The notes under the pieces are model-generated. The model saw only the letters and a program-made list of their open reading frames with translations, was not told the DNA's origin and searched no databases. From Fibrobacterales bacterium (lineage in GTDB: Bacteria > Fibrobacterota > Fibrobacteria > Fibrobacterales > JAOPTW01), in assembly GCA_051532035.1 (NCBI GenBank), contig JAOPTW010000032.1, positions 21,546 through 85,545 of the forward strand: a stretch of DNA of 64,000 nt. The letters run 5' to 3'. Every line of letters starts with the position of its first letter. Positions within the stretch are counted from its first letter, which is position 1. Below, piece after piece: positions 48,929-58,947 of this stretch. A program made the position numbers and the translations under genes.

Positions 48929-49061
48929 GTAGTTCTCCTGGTTATCGATACCCTACTCTATCCAATAAAAAACAACTGCTCTTAGATAGAGATACCTTTT
49001 AATATATGCTCACTTACACAAATACCCAAATAATTAATAAACATTAATAAGCTCTCTACTA

Positions 49062-49517
49062 TTATTTGCTATTACTTCGCACCTTTGTAGCTGTTACAGA
49101 AATCGAGCGAGTACCCTCACCTTGGTATTCAATTACAACTTCATGGGTAATTCCTACATTAAGATCGTCAAGTCTTTCCGGCCATTCTATCAAAGTGACC
49201 CCTTTCCCAAAACTATAATATTCCACCCCTATCTCTTCAAAATCAGCACCCTCTGGTAAACGATAGAGATCAATATGATAAATCAATGGATCATTTTGAT
49301 ATTCATGTACCAAAGAGTAAGTAGGAGAGTGAACCGTTCCCTGATACCCCAAGCCGCGAGAAACCCCTCGACTCACCACTGTTTTACCTGCCCCAAGGTT
49401 CCCATGAAGGGCAACAGAATCACCAGGCTTTAAATAATGAGAAAACTCTCGTGCCCACAGTTCAGTCTCCTCTTCAGAACGAGAAATAAACGGTTGTTTC
49501 TTTAAAAACTCATTCAT
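49062..49517 (-). CDS. tsaE: tRNA threonylcarbamoyladenosine biosynthesis ATPase TsaE
   Basis: LHGNLGAGKT, SPTYSLV, HIDLYRL, IEWP. Confidence 0.95.
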   Translation of the reverse strand: MNEFLKKQPFISRSEEETELWAREFSHYLKPGDSVALHGNLGAGKTVVSRGVSRGLGYQGTVHSPTYSLVHEYQNDPLIYHIDLYRLPEGADFEEIGVEYYSFGKGVTLIEWPERLDDLNVGITHEVVIEYQGEGTRSISVTATKVRSNSK

Positions 49518-49518
49518 A

Positions 49519-50790
49519 CTATAGTGTAATTGTATCTATTCCACCCATATACGGACGTAATACTTCTGGTATCGTTATTGACCCATCAGCATTTTGATAA
49601 TTATCAATAAGCGCTACTAGAACTCGTGGTGTAGCGAGTCCCGAGCCATTTAATGTGTGAATTATTGTGTTTTTTCCACCGATTTTGGCCTTAATATTGG
49701 CTCTTCTTGCTTGGAAGTCTTCAAAACTTGATACTGATGAAACTTCAAGCCACTTTTTCTCTACTGGGCTCCACACTTCCAAGTCAAAACATTTTGCAGC
49801 AGCAAAACTAAGATCCGCTCTGCACAATTCAAGTACACGATAATGTAAGCCAAGCTCCTGAAGAAGTGATTCGGCATAGCCCACAAGCTCATCGAGAACG
49901 TCATACGAGTTCTCTGGCTCAACAAATTTAACCATTTCGACTTTATTGAACTGGTGTAAGCGCAAAAAGCCACGTGTATCAGCACCATAAGAACCCGCTT
50001 CTCTTCTAAAGCATGCAGAATAGGCACAGTAAGATATTGGAAGGTCTTTGTGATTGAGTACTTCATTGGAATGAAGATTGGTAACAGGTACTTCTGCTGT
50101 TGGAATTAAAAAGAGGTCATCTTCTTTATCACAGCGATACATATCCTCTTCCATTTTAGGGAGCTGACCTGTCCCTGTCATTGTTGTTCTATTTACCAAA
50201 TAAGGAGGAATCACCTCAGTGAAGCCGTTGGTATCCGTATGACGATCAAGAAAAAACTGTATCAGTGCGCGTTCGAGCTTAGCGCCTTTCCCTGTATATA
50301 CAGGAAACCCTGATCCTGAAATCTTTGCGCCACGTGCAAAATCAAACATTTTTAATGCTTCACCTACTTCTTTATGATCTTTAGGCTCAAAGTCATGGAC
50401 GGTCGGTTCTCCCCAGCTACGCACTGGAACATTATCATCTTCGCTCGTGCCCTCAGGTGTTGATTCATGGGGAAGGTTTGGAAGGCGGAGCATAATATCC
50501 TGCAACGCTTCATCTTTCTCTTTAACTTTTCCGTCAAGAGTAGCGATATCGTCCCCGACCTTTTTCATCTCAGCTATGGCTGCAGAAGCATCTTCTCCCG
50601 CTTTCTTTGCGGCGCCAATTTTTTTTGATGCAGAATTCCTGAGAGCTTTCAACGATTCTACTTCTGAAAGTAAATCTTTGCGTTCGTGGTCAAGTGTTAG
50701 GATATCTTGTATGTCAATATCTACACCTTTTTCGTGAACCCCTTTTTGAACTTTTTCAGGTTCTTCTCTGATTAATCGTATATCGAGCAT
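49519..50790 (-). CDS. serS: Serine--tRNA ligase
   Basis: MLDIRLIR, LIPTAEVP, FRREAGS, HQFNKVE, HTLNGSGLA. Confidence 0.98.
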   Translation of the reverse strand: MLDIRLIREEPEKVQKGVHEKGVDIDIQDILTLDHERKDLLSEVESLKALRNSASKKIGAAKKAGEDASAAIAEMKKVGDDIATLDGKVKEKDEALQDIMLRLPNLPHESTPEGTSEDDNVPVRSWGEPTVHDFEPKDHKEVGEALKMFDFARGAKISGSGFPVYTGKGAKLERALIQFFLDRHTDTNGFTEVIPPYLVNRTTMTGTGQLPKMEEDMYRCDKEDDLFLIPTAEVPVTNLHSNEVLNHKDLPISYCAYSACFRREAGSYGADTRGFLRLHQFNKVEMVKFVEPENSYDVLDELVGYAESLLQELGLHYRVLELCRADLSFAAAKCFDLEVWSPVEKKWLEVSSVSSFEDFQARRANIKAKIGGKNTIIHTLNGSGLATPRVLVALIDNYQNADGSITIPEVLRPYMGGIDTITL

Positions 50791-50843
50791 CGTATTCTCA
50801 TATTAGGATGGAAAAGTTGCAGCAAAAGATAGGAAAAAAACAG

Positions 50844-50871
50844 GAAGGCTGAAGGCTGAAGGCCCAAGGCT
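50844..50871. repeat. Heptamer tandem repeat (GAAGGCT) x4, degenerate
   Basis: GAAGGCT GAAGGCT GAAGGCC CAAGGCT. Confidence 0.6.
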
Positions 50872-50930
50872 AGTGGAGAAATATCAATTTTAACACTAAA
50901 AGAGGTGATAATTTAAGGGAAACTAACCAA

Positions 50931-51827
50931 TTACTCGTAACAGGGCTGTTCCATAACCACATTCCCCCCATCTTCTTGGGCTTGGTTACCGGCTAATTGA
51001 CTCACTCTATAGAGGTTTTCGGGAGATGGGCGTTCGCCAGGATTTTGATGAGCGAGTCCAATTGATATGGTAAGTTCAATTGAGCTCTGATTATACATAA
51101 AACGGTGCTGCTTAATAGATTTACAGATATATTCAGCAAAAGAGGCAGCCTTTTCTTGATCAACACCCTGAAGATAATAGAGAAAACAATCATCATACCG
51201 CCCCACTATTTCATCAGACAACTTTTCATTATTAAGATACCGTGAAATTTCGAGCATTAAAAACTCTTTAATGATCTCCTCATGGGTCGCCATCAGCTCT
51301 TTTAAACTATCTATTTTAATACAGAGAAGCGATGAACCCGCTTTTTGATTCTCATTTGCAGTTACTTGTTCACAAAAACTATCCCAAAAAGTCTCATTAT
51401 CCATCACTCCCGAAAGCACAGTCACTTCACTGACCTCTTCTTGAGCTGACTCTTCTACGACACTTTCGAGACAGGGCTCAACGACAATAATAATTTGGCC
51501 CAATTCAATTTCATCACCTTGATTAAGCTTAATGCGTTGATATGCAGCCATTCCATTAACCACCGTTCCATTGGTCGATCCTAAATCTTCGACAAATATC
51601 TCGTGATTTTCTACAAAAATTTTACAATGAGACCGAGAGAGCCACTCATCTTTAAGAATGATATCATTTGAAGAGCCCCTTCCAATACTGACAGACTCAG
51701 AAAACTTGCACTCTTGCTTGTGTTCTACAGGAAATAGAATTTTAATACGATATTCGCCATATTGATCAGCTGAACCTTGGTTAAAGGCTATAATGCGGTT
51801 CTCTCGAGATATTGGCTGTTCTTCCAT
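50931..51827 (-). CDS. FHA domain plus degenerate GGDEF domain protein
   Basis: IGRG..SRSH..DLGSTNGT (FHA); GRYDDCF in place of RxGGDEF; TISIG. Confidence 0.82.
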   Translation of the reverse strand: MEEQPISRENRIIAFNQGSADQYGEYRIKILFPVEHKQECKFSESVSIGRGSSNDIILKDEWLSRSHCKIFVENHEIFVEDLGSTNGTVVNGMAAYQRIKLNQGDEIELGQIIIVVEPCLESVVEESAQEEVSEVTVLSGVMDNETFWDSFCEQVTANENQKAGSSLLCIKIDSLKELMATHEEIIKEFLMLEISRYLNNEKLSDEIVGRYDDCFLYYLQGVDQEKAASFAEYICKSIKQHRFMYNQSSIELTISIGLAHQNPGERPSPENLYRVSQLAGNQAQEDGGNVVMEQPCYE

Positions 51828-52053
51828 ATTCCTATCCTCAGTTTTGCATAAAGTAACAATTTATTTTAATGGTATGTAATAAATCATCATAACCCACTTT
51901 TTGCCAGGCCTCCTTAAGGAGAGTAAATGTTACCTCTTTTTTTACATTACTTTATTTGTATTGGGTTTGTAATTAACCTATCTTAGGGGCACGTGCGTTC
52001 AAACTCATTTTCGTCCCTATTATTACGCGAATGAGTTTTTTTATTGGGAAGCT

Positions 52054-55000
52054 ATGGTACACTCATATTATATTCGTGCCCTCATTTTATTGTCGGCAAT
52101 TTCTACTGTGGTGTTTGCCGCAAATGACAAAACATTAATTCTTTTTTCACCGTGGAGTAATACTCAACCACAAGTTGTTATAAACGGTGTAAGTAAAACA
52201 ATGGTGCCCGATACAGTACAGTGCGGGTGGTACAGCTACACAGACACCACCAATGAACTCTCTCAATTTTACCTCTCAAATAAATTTGATGAAACCTATG
52301 GCAAGTCAGGTAAAGGCAAAGCCGACTACATAACCGGTGGGAAGGATAAATTTCTCTCTGAAGACACCCTCTACCTCTACTTTAAGTCAGAATCGTTTTA
52401 CGACTTTCAAAGCACTCGACCAACCCCATCCACTTCAGGCTATTGTTTAAAGTCTGTCCTTCCGGGTGAGTTCATTGACTGGAATGAGTACGATCTTGAT
52501 AGCGCTTTTCAGTTTCCTAATATGGGCTGTACAACAAACACAGCAAATGGTGCAGTTATCGGGCTTGTTGGCGCGTCCCTCAATAGCGATGGGCTTCCTA
52601 TTGCTAATGCAGCATCACCCAGGGCATCAGAATGTAGAACAACAAAACTTACCGACTGGTTTAAGCCACTCCCTGACTCATCAAACTACAAATGCCAAGA
52701 CATTCAAATGGAACCCAACGTAACAACAGGGAACTATGAATTCTCTTCATTTACAGAAGTCATTAAGGCAGATACTACAATCCCCGGCGACCTTGATTCC
52801 CTTGTCCCCAATACCGGCTTTTTTCCTCTTGATGATTTTACGAATAGCAAAAATCTTATTGGCTCGCCGTATAGCTCAAAATGGGGTGAACCTTATTCAC
52901 TACCCTCAACGAGTGGCTATCAGCACAACTATCACTTCTGTATGAAAACCCAAACCTCTTTCACCTACCGAGAGGGACAACAGTTCATCTTTAATGGCGA
53001 TGATGACCTCTGGATATTTGTCGACAGTACTCTCGCCCTCGACATTGGCGGAACCCATATACCGGTAAGCGATACTCTTAACCTTGATGAGTTCCTAAAA
53101 GACCAAGGAACAAACACTGTTGGATCACGTCACAGCTTTGATCTCTTCTACTGTGAGCGCCATACACTCCAATCAAATTTACAGATTCAAACAGATATCG
53201 ACTTTGATCAACCTATTAAATATGGCCACACAAAATCGGGTATCATATATACAGTAACTGAAGGCGAAGAACCCACTAATGGGTGCCAAGCCCAGAGCAC
53301 TGTGATCTCAAAGATTTCGAAATTTTATTTGAGAGGCCATGAAACAAATGAGACATTGACACCAAGCAGCACCTACTATCAAGGGATTACAATTGATACG
53401 AACCGATTTCAATTCACATTAGATGTCCCTAAAATCAATGGACTTACAGCAGATAGCACCTACTACATTATCCATGAGAGCATCTCATCAACGACCAGCA
53501 AACCTCAATTAGACTCGGTTGCTTTTGTCGCTCCTAAATACCCGCCCTATTCAATTATATTTACCGACTCGGAGGGCAACCCCATTGATTCATCGTACAC
53601 TCTTCCAACCAATGAATCGGTCCGACTCTATACCATAATTATGGATAAAACTTCAGATGGCACAGCCTTTATATGCACTGCGTGTAATGACTCTTATGCC
53701 ATAACTCTCCCTGACGATTCCTCTATAGACCTTGAAGACCTTAAAAAAGACTTTAAAAAAGACTTTATCGATGGAATATTCTCTTTTGAAATTTCGCCAA
53801 AAAACAATATTCTTTCTATTGACGACCTGAAACTGACCCTTACTTATAGTGGCTTCGGAACCAATCAAGGAACAGATTATCCTCAATCAGCACTTACCCC
53901 TTCCATCACTTTTACTGAAGTTGAAGGCCCTTATATTAAATCTGCAGAGATTTATGACAACGGCACTTATATCAAAGAAGATAAATTAAACTCTACGAGT
54001 GACGGCTGGGCTGATAGTGTTGTGGTTTCAATTAGCAACTGGCAGGGTGAACCCGAAGAGATTACCCTATGCATTGGAAAATCAGAGAACGACTGCCAAT
54101 CAACTACTTTTACTTCTGATGATTGGAATGCTCTTACTCCAGGGGATAGTACCCTTGTCATCACCCGAAATTTCAACTATGACGACGCAGGATATTTCAC
54201 TGATATTGGCGGCTATGCCGATGCTTTCTTTTATGAGAAGGGCGGCAAACGCTTTGAAAGCCACCGTGAACTCGATGACATGATTGGCCCTATAATTATT
54301 CACACTGTTATCAAAAAAGACCCGTTACTTGAAGATGGCCCAGGAGAAGACACCCTTACGGTTACCTTTAGTGAACCGGTCGAAAATGTGAAGGCCGAAG
54401 ATTGGGTGTTTATTATTAATGATTCGATCATACAAGTTTCCTCGGTTATTGATAATCAAAGAAGCGAAATATGGGATTTCACGATTGATGTTTCAAAATT
54501 TAACATTGTAGATGGCGATAGTATCTCACTATATCCTTATTCTGGACTCCAAGACCGTCAAGGCAATATTCCTGGTGACCCCAACATAAAGGTCCCAATC
54601 CAAGAGTTAAAGCACATACCTGCCCCAGAGCGCTTTGGCCACTACTTTCTTGACATGGACGAAGATGGTACCATGGATCGGATAAGTCTGGTGTACAGTT
54701 GGCCAATTATTAACGCCGAATTTGGCGGTAATGATGTGTTGTTCCAGTGGATTGATAAAGACAACGCAATTATAGAGCTTCATCCCAGGCCTTCTGATTG
54801 GGTTTCTGATCCAAATGACCCATTTCGCATGTTTTGGGATGTCCCTGCATCACTTAATATCAAGCCATATATGACCTATTTTTATGACAATAGTTTTAAA
54901 GATGCGATTGTATTCAACTTCGATACCACTTATGCTATTGACACCTCAATAACAGTAGAAGAAAATACGGTTACCCTTGAAAACTCTGAGACGATAATCC

Positions 55001-56019
55001 AAAAGGATACTATTAGAACACTCGATTCTACCGGGTTTACCATAGATACTTCAACTACCCTTATTACTATGGAAGACAAAATGTCGCCCGTCATACAGAG
55101 TGCAGTTCTGATTAAGGGCGGCGCGAAGGATAACAAAGGAGCCTCTATTGATTCACTCTACCTGAGTTTCTCGGAAGAGGTGAATACTGACGACATGATC
55201 AATAACGGCCGTGAGAATTACTTCTTTAAGCATAAAGACTCAGAAGGTGACGCCGTGGAAGCCACTACTATTCTTGAGGCCGAAGACTCCGACTGGAATC
55301 AAGAAAAACACTCTCTCACCTATTTAGATAACGCATCCGATAGTTTTCGCCTGACACCTACCGACTCGATTCGCCTACGCTCCAACACGCGCTATGTAAG
55401 TGATGCTCATGGTAACAGTCCAGGAGACAACGCTCCATGGGTTGTAATTAAAGGACGCATGGAGCCTGAAGCCGGCATTCAGGACTACCAAGAGTATAGC
55501 AGTGGCCAAGACAAACTGAATGACTTTGAGGCGAACAACGCCTCAGCGTTCTATGCAAGAGTGGTTATTAACGATAGTATCGGACATTCTACAGATGATT
55601 TAGCTCTTGAGACCTCAAAAGAGTTTGAGCAAGTAGGGATATTAATTCAGGGTAACTTTTGGAATATTATACAAGGAAATGTTGATAAAAGTGTTTTTGA
55701 AGATATTCCCGATCATGAAATAAAAGAACACCTGAGCTTCTCTTATCATATGACCATCTACAGTAACCTTGGTGAGTATGTTACACAGAGTCGTAAAACC
55801 ATTACCTGTACTGATAAAATTTTTGGAGGTGATTGTACTAACCCAGATATAGATCAGTGGCTCTGGATTGGATGGGATCCTGTTTCTGAAGATGGTAGAC
55901 TTGTGGGTAATGGTGTATACCTCTCTATCTTTGAGTATTCCATACATTACCCAGGCGGGGCAACTCCTCGTAAAGTAAGAAGAGACCGGTTTGGCTACAT
56001 GAGAATAGGTAACGATTAA
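52054..56019 (+). CDS. Fibro-slime domain protein with a C-terminal FlgD-like Ig domain
   Basis: FFPLDD, HNYHFCM, FNGDDDLWIFVD..LDIGGTH, FYCERHT; C-terminal IYSNLGEYV..WD....GRLVGNGVY. Confidence 0.88.
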   Translation: MVHSYYIRALILLSAISTVVFAANDKTLILFSPWSNTQPQVVINGVSKTMVPDTVQCGWYSYTDTTNELSQFYLSNKFDETYGKSGKGKADYITGGKDKFLSEDTLYLYFKSESFYDFQSTRPTPSTSGYCLKSVLPGEFIDWNEYDLDSAFQFPNMGCTTNTANGAVIGLVGASLNSDGLPIANAASPRASECRTTKLTDWFKPLPDSSNYKCQDIQMEPNVTTGNYEFSSFTEVIKADTTIPGDLDSLVPNTGFFPLDDFTNSKNLIGSPYSSKWGEPYSLPSTSGYQHNYHFCMKTQTSFTYREGQQFIFNGDDDLWIFVDSTLALDIGGTHIPVSDTLNLDEFLKDQGTNTVGSRHSFDLFYCERHTLQSNLQIQTDIDFDQPIKYGHTKSGIIYTVTEGEEPTNGCQAQSTVISKISKFYLRGHETNETLTPSSTYYQGITIDTNRFQFTLDVPKINGLTADSTYYIIHESISSTTSKPQLDSVAFVAPKYPPYSIIFTDSEGNPIDSSYTLPTNESVRLYTIIMDKTSDGTAFICTACNDSYAITLPDDSSIDLEDLKKDFKKDFIDGIFSFEISPKNNILSIDDLKLTLTYSGFGTNQGTDYPQSALTPSITFTEVEGPYIKSAEIYDNGTYIKEDKLNSTSDGWADSVVVSISNWQGEPEEITLCIGKSENDCQSTTFTSDDWNALTPGDSTLVITRNFNYDDAGYFTDIGGYADAFFYEKGGKRFESHRELDDMIGPIIIHTVIKKDPLLEDGPGEDTLTVTFSEPVENVKAEDWVFIINDSIIQVSSVIDNQRSEIWDFTIDVSKFNIVDGDSISLYPYSGLQDRQGNIPGDPNIKVPIQELKHIPAPERFGHYFLDMDEDGTMDRISLVYSWPIINAEFGGNDVLFQWIDKDNAIIELHPRPSDWVSDPNDPFRMFWDVPASLNIKPYMTYFYDNSFKDAIVFNFDTTYAIDTSITVEENTVTLENSETIIQKDTIRTLDSTGFTIDTSTTLITMEDKMSPVIQSAVLIKGGAKDNKGASIDSLYLSFSEEVNTDDMINNGRENYFFKHKDSEGDAVEATTILEAEDSDWNQEKHSLTYLDNASDSFRLTPTDSIRLRSNTRYVSDAHGNSPGDNAPWVVIKGRMEPEAGIQDYQEYSSGQDKLNDFEANNASAFYARVVINDSIGHSTDDLALETSKEFEQVGILIQGNFWNIIQGNVDKSVFEDIPDHEIKEHLSFSYHMTIYSNLGEYVTQSRKTITCTDKIFGGDCTNPDIDQWLWIGWDPVSEDGRLVGNGVYLSIFEYSIHYPGGATPRKVRRDRFGYMRIGND

Positions 56020-56048
56020 TCAAATAATTGACTCAGAGTATTTAAGTT

Positions 56049-56077
56049 AGGCCGTCTTGTAAGAGACAGCCTTTTTT
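56049..56077 (+). terminator. Intrinsic terminator
   Basis: AGGCCGTCT-TGTAAG-AGACAGCCT then a T run. Confidence 0.6.
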
Positions 56078-56783
56078 ATTCTATAATATTCTCTGGAAAG
56101 TCCGTTATGACCCCCACTACTCCACACTCTACAATAGAGGCTAATTCACTGGGCGAGTCGACTCCCCAGACAAAAGAGGTATGTGAATCAATCAGAAGAG
56201 AGTGGTCCTCTTTGAGGAGTCCATTCCATTGATATGAGGCATACGGTATCTGATCATTTGATTCTCTATAGGCGGTAACCTCATGAGGAAACTCAAAGGT
56301 TATAACTAAATTTTCATCAAAGAGATCTTTAGAGCGAATAATGTGAAATAGTTCCTGATCAAAGCTCGCGACATAACTTTTTTCAAGACATTTAAAACCG
56401 TAAAAATAGTGGTAGGCTTTATCAACCAGCTCTTCTTTGTAGAGCCGATCATTTTTTTTGGCATCTGGAACTTTTAACTCAAAGTAATGCGGTCGATCAG
56501 CACCAATATTCATAAGCTCTTGGAGCGTAGGAATTTTCGCACCACTTGCCCCAATAGTATAGCTTTGCAATTCTAAAACAGTACATTCATAAACCGCCTT
56601 ATCCACGCCACACATTCGTTGTAACGTATCGTCATGAAAGATAACGGGTACTCCATCACTACTTAACTGAATGTCACATTCAATCATATGGGCACCAATC
56701 TGCCACGCCGCTAAAAAAGATTCAAGCGTGTTTTCTGGCTGTACTGCATGCAAACCCCGGTGAGCAATATTACACAACAGCAC
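56076..56783 (-). CDS. Glycerophosphodiester phosphodiesterase (GDPD)
   Basis: IAHRG..PENTLESF, IECDIQ, HDDTL, ELK, ITDFP; GTG at 56783 preferred over 56849. Confidence 0.88.
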   Translation of the reverse strand: MLLCNIAHRGLHAVQPENTLESFLAAWQIGAHMIECDIQLSSDGVPVIFHDDTLQRMCGVDKAVYECTVLELQSYTIGASGAKIPTLQELMNIGADRPHYFELKVPDAKKNDRLYKEELVDKAYHYFYGFKCLEKSYVASFDQELFHIIRSKDLFDENLVITFEFPHEVTAYRESNDQIPYASYQWNGLLKEDHSLLIDSHTSFVWGVDSPSELASIVECGVVGVITDFPENIIE

Positions 56784-58299
56784 AGTGTCTAATCTCTCTA
56801 AGGTACTTGTAATAAGACCCCTGACTTGGGTCGAGTTCAACCGTCGCACATTCAGGACAGATCGCTTGTATCACCGAAGGATACACGTCTAGTCCAGCAC
56901 TTTTTGAATAGACCAAATTTGATCGACGGCACATAAAATCTACGGGCTTACGAACAAATTCAAACTCCTTACAAAAAAGCGCTTCATAATAGACATAATC
57001 AACCGAATCAAGGGTCCCCGCTCGCTCTTGGATAAAAGCGATAATATCGATAGCCCTGGAACCATAAATCGACATCCAATGTTTGAGAGTCTCTTCATCT
57101 ATTGATTCATAAGAATACAGTTCATCCCAGAGTTCTTGTCCGGTAACCCATTTTTTACCGCCAGGAAGTCTGTTATTTTCGAGTGTTGCAAAGGAGCGGT
57201 CATACATAAACTGGAGAAACCCACGAGCAAAGCTTCTGTGAGATAGGTGTTTTCCTCCGGTCCCAAAATAGATATCTTCACCGAGTTCTTGAAAGTAATG
57301 CCCATCAATGCATTCAGTATTAACCCCCGATGATTTAAATACATTTTCTCGGTGCCCACTAAAGGTGCAGACCACATGAGGTCGTATCCCAGGGAAATAC
57401 TCTTTTAATAAATCGAGAAGCATCGCAGTTTTATGAACATCAAATTCTGAGGTGAGCTTTGCACCCATTTGTATCTCTTGCTGAATACTCCCTACAAGGT
57501 GGCCGCCCATCCAAGGGACAATAAGAAAGTAATAGCGCATATCAGGTACAGGGAGTACAAAAGAGTGATCAAGGGGGAGTCCCTCTACAAAAAGATGATC
57601 CCCTTTAGTAAACGAGGTCTGGCCCACATCAAATCGATCGAGAATACTCGTATTGTGCACCCAAGGCCCTGCGGTAAAGGCGAGTTCATCCGTTTGATAT
57701 ACTTTTTCTACACCGGTTATCGTATCCATCACAATCAATTCAACTATATCACCGCGCCGCTTTAAATCAGTCACTTCGTGATAACTCTGAACTTCTGCGC
57801 CATAATAACACGCATCGAGAATCTGTTCAATAACAAGCCGCGTATCATGGATCATACAATCCCAGTACTGCAAGCCACCATTGTGACCTTCGTTTCTAAA
57901 ATGAGGTTCAATTTCAAGGAGGGTATCACGGGTCACTTTCGAGACCGGCTTTAAAAACCGATTTCGATAATAGAGGCTCTGTAACTTAATAATTAAGTGC
58001 GAAAACCACGACCGCTTAATATTCTCTTTTACATTGGGGAGAATAAATTTTTCGAACCACACAACATTAGGAGCAGTATTATAGAGATTCTCTTTTTCTT
58101 CGACATACTCTTTTTGAAAAAGAAATGATGGATGGCTCAGCATATCACTGGCTACAATTGAGTTGTTACTTGTTGACCCACTCGCAAAATCACTTTGATC
58201 GAGCAAAAGAACTTTTAACCCATTAAAAGCAGAGAGCCGTGCAAGAGCACTGCCGTTCATTCCACCGCCTACAATAATGAGATCGTAAATATCTGTCAT
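56770..58299 (-). CDS. FAD-dependent oxidoreductase, divergent glycerol-3-phosphate dehydrogenase (GlpD-like)
   Basis: IIVGGGMNG, DFASGST, DTRLV, TAGPW, KGDH, DFMCRRS; next to the GDPD gene. Confidence 0.75.
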   Translation of the reverse strand: MTDIYDLIIVGGGMNGSALARLSAFNGLKVLLLDQSDFASGSTSNNSIVASDMLSHPSFLFQKEYVEEKENLYNTAPNVVWFEKFILPNVKENIKRSWFSHLIIKLQSLYYRNRFLKPVSKVTRDTLLEIEPHFRNEGHNGGLQYWDCMIHDTRLVIEQILDACYYGAEVQSYHEVTDLKRRGDIVELIVMDTITGVEKVYQTDELAFTAGPWVHNTSILDRFDVGQTSFTKGDHLFVEGLPLDHSFVLPVPDMRYYFLIVPWMGGHLVGSIQQEIQMGAKLTSEFDVHKTAMLLDLLKEYFPGIRPHVVCTFSGHRENVFKSSGVNTECIDGHYFQELGEDIYFGTGGKHLSHRSFARGFLQFMYDRSFATLENNRLPGGKKWVTGQELWDELYSYESIDEETLKHWMSIYGSRAIDIIAFIQERAGTLDSVDYVYYEALFCKEFEFVRKPVDFMCRRSNLVYSKSAGLDVYPSVIQAICPECATVELDPSQGSYYKYLREIRHCAVV

Positions 58300-58481
58300 T
58301 TTGACCTTTAGAGGTATCCTCTAGATCACATCACATTCCACCGCTGGAACACCTGGCCTGATGCGATCCTGAATCCAATCCAGCGTTAAATATTTAATAA
58401 ATAATATGGAACATGCCTAATCTATTCGTATAATTTTTTTTTATCATTGGCTTCGAGAGGCTTTACTACTGGATGTATCCC

Positions 58482-58940
58482 ATGAAAAAGGTTTTTAACA
58501 GCGAATTTGTACGTTTTATCATTGTAGGTGTCGTCAATACCCTTTTATTTCTTATTGTCGCTCGCTCCCTTGAATTCATTAATGTACATCACAATATCGC
58601 AAATTTAAGTGGATATATTGTCGGCGGGACAAACTCCTACTTCATGAACAAGTTTTGGAGCTTCAAAACTGAGAAGTCTCATAAAGAAGAACTTCCTGTC
58701 TTCATTGTTGTATTTGTAGTCTGCTACTTTCTCAATTTATTAATACTCAATGTCGCCATGAGTACTATTGAACTGCCAACGATGTGGTATAAATACATTC
58801 CGCAATCAATACAAGAAATCATTACTCACACTCTGATCTGTCAAGCTATAGCAAATGTTTTTTACACAATTCTCTCGTTTACTCTCTATAAAACCATTGT
58901 GTTTAGAGGCCCCAAAAAGACTGTAGATACCACATCTTAA
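58482..58940 (+). CDS. GtrA family membrane protein
   Basis: FVRFIIVGVVNT..AN..GY...NSYFMNKFWSF. Confidence 0.85.
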   Translation: MKKVFNSEFVRFIIVGVVNTLLFLIVARSLEFINVHHNIANLSGYIVGGTNSYFMNKFWSFKTEKSHKEELPVFIVVFVVCYFLNLLILNVAMSTIELPTMWYKYIPQSIQEIITHTLICQAIANVFYTILSFTLYKTIVFRGPKKTVDTTS

Positions 58941-58947
58941 TAGACAA

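Noticed and set aside
48942..48969. sigma28-like ATCGATAA before the first array gene
   Set aside because: No matching -35 element, and it is too close to the RBS to leave a leader
50844..50871. Heptamer repeat as a CRISPR or phase-variation locus
   Set aside because: Only four degenerate units, no spacers, and intergenic
56784..56849. Long N-terminal extension of GDPD overlapping the glpD-like gene by 80 bp
   Set aside because: GDPD domains begin just before IAHRG; the GTG at 56783 gives a normal short overlap
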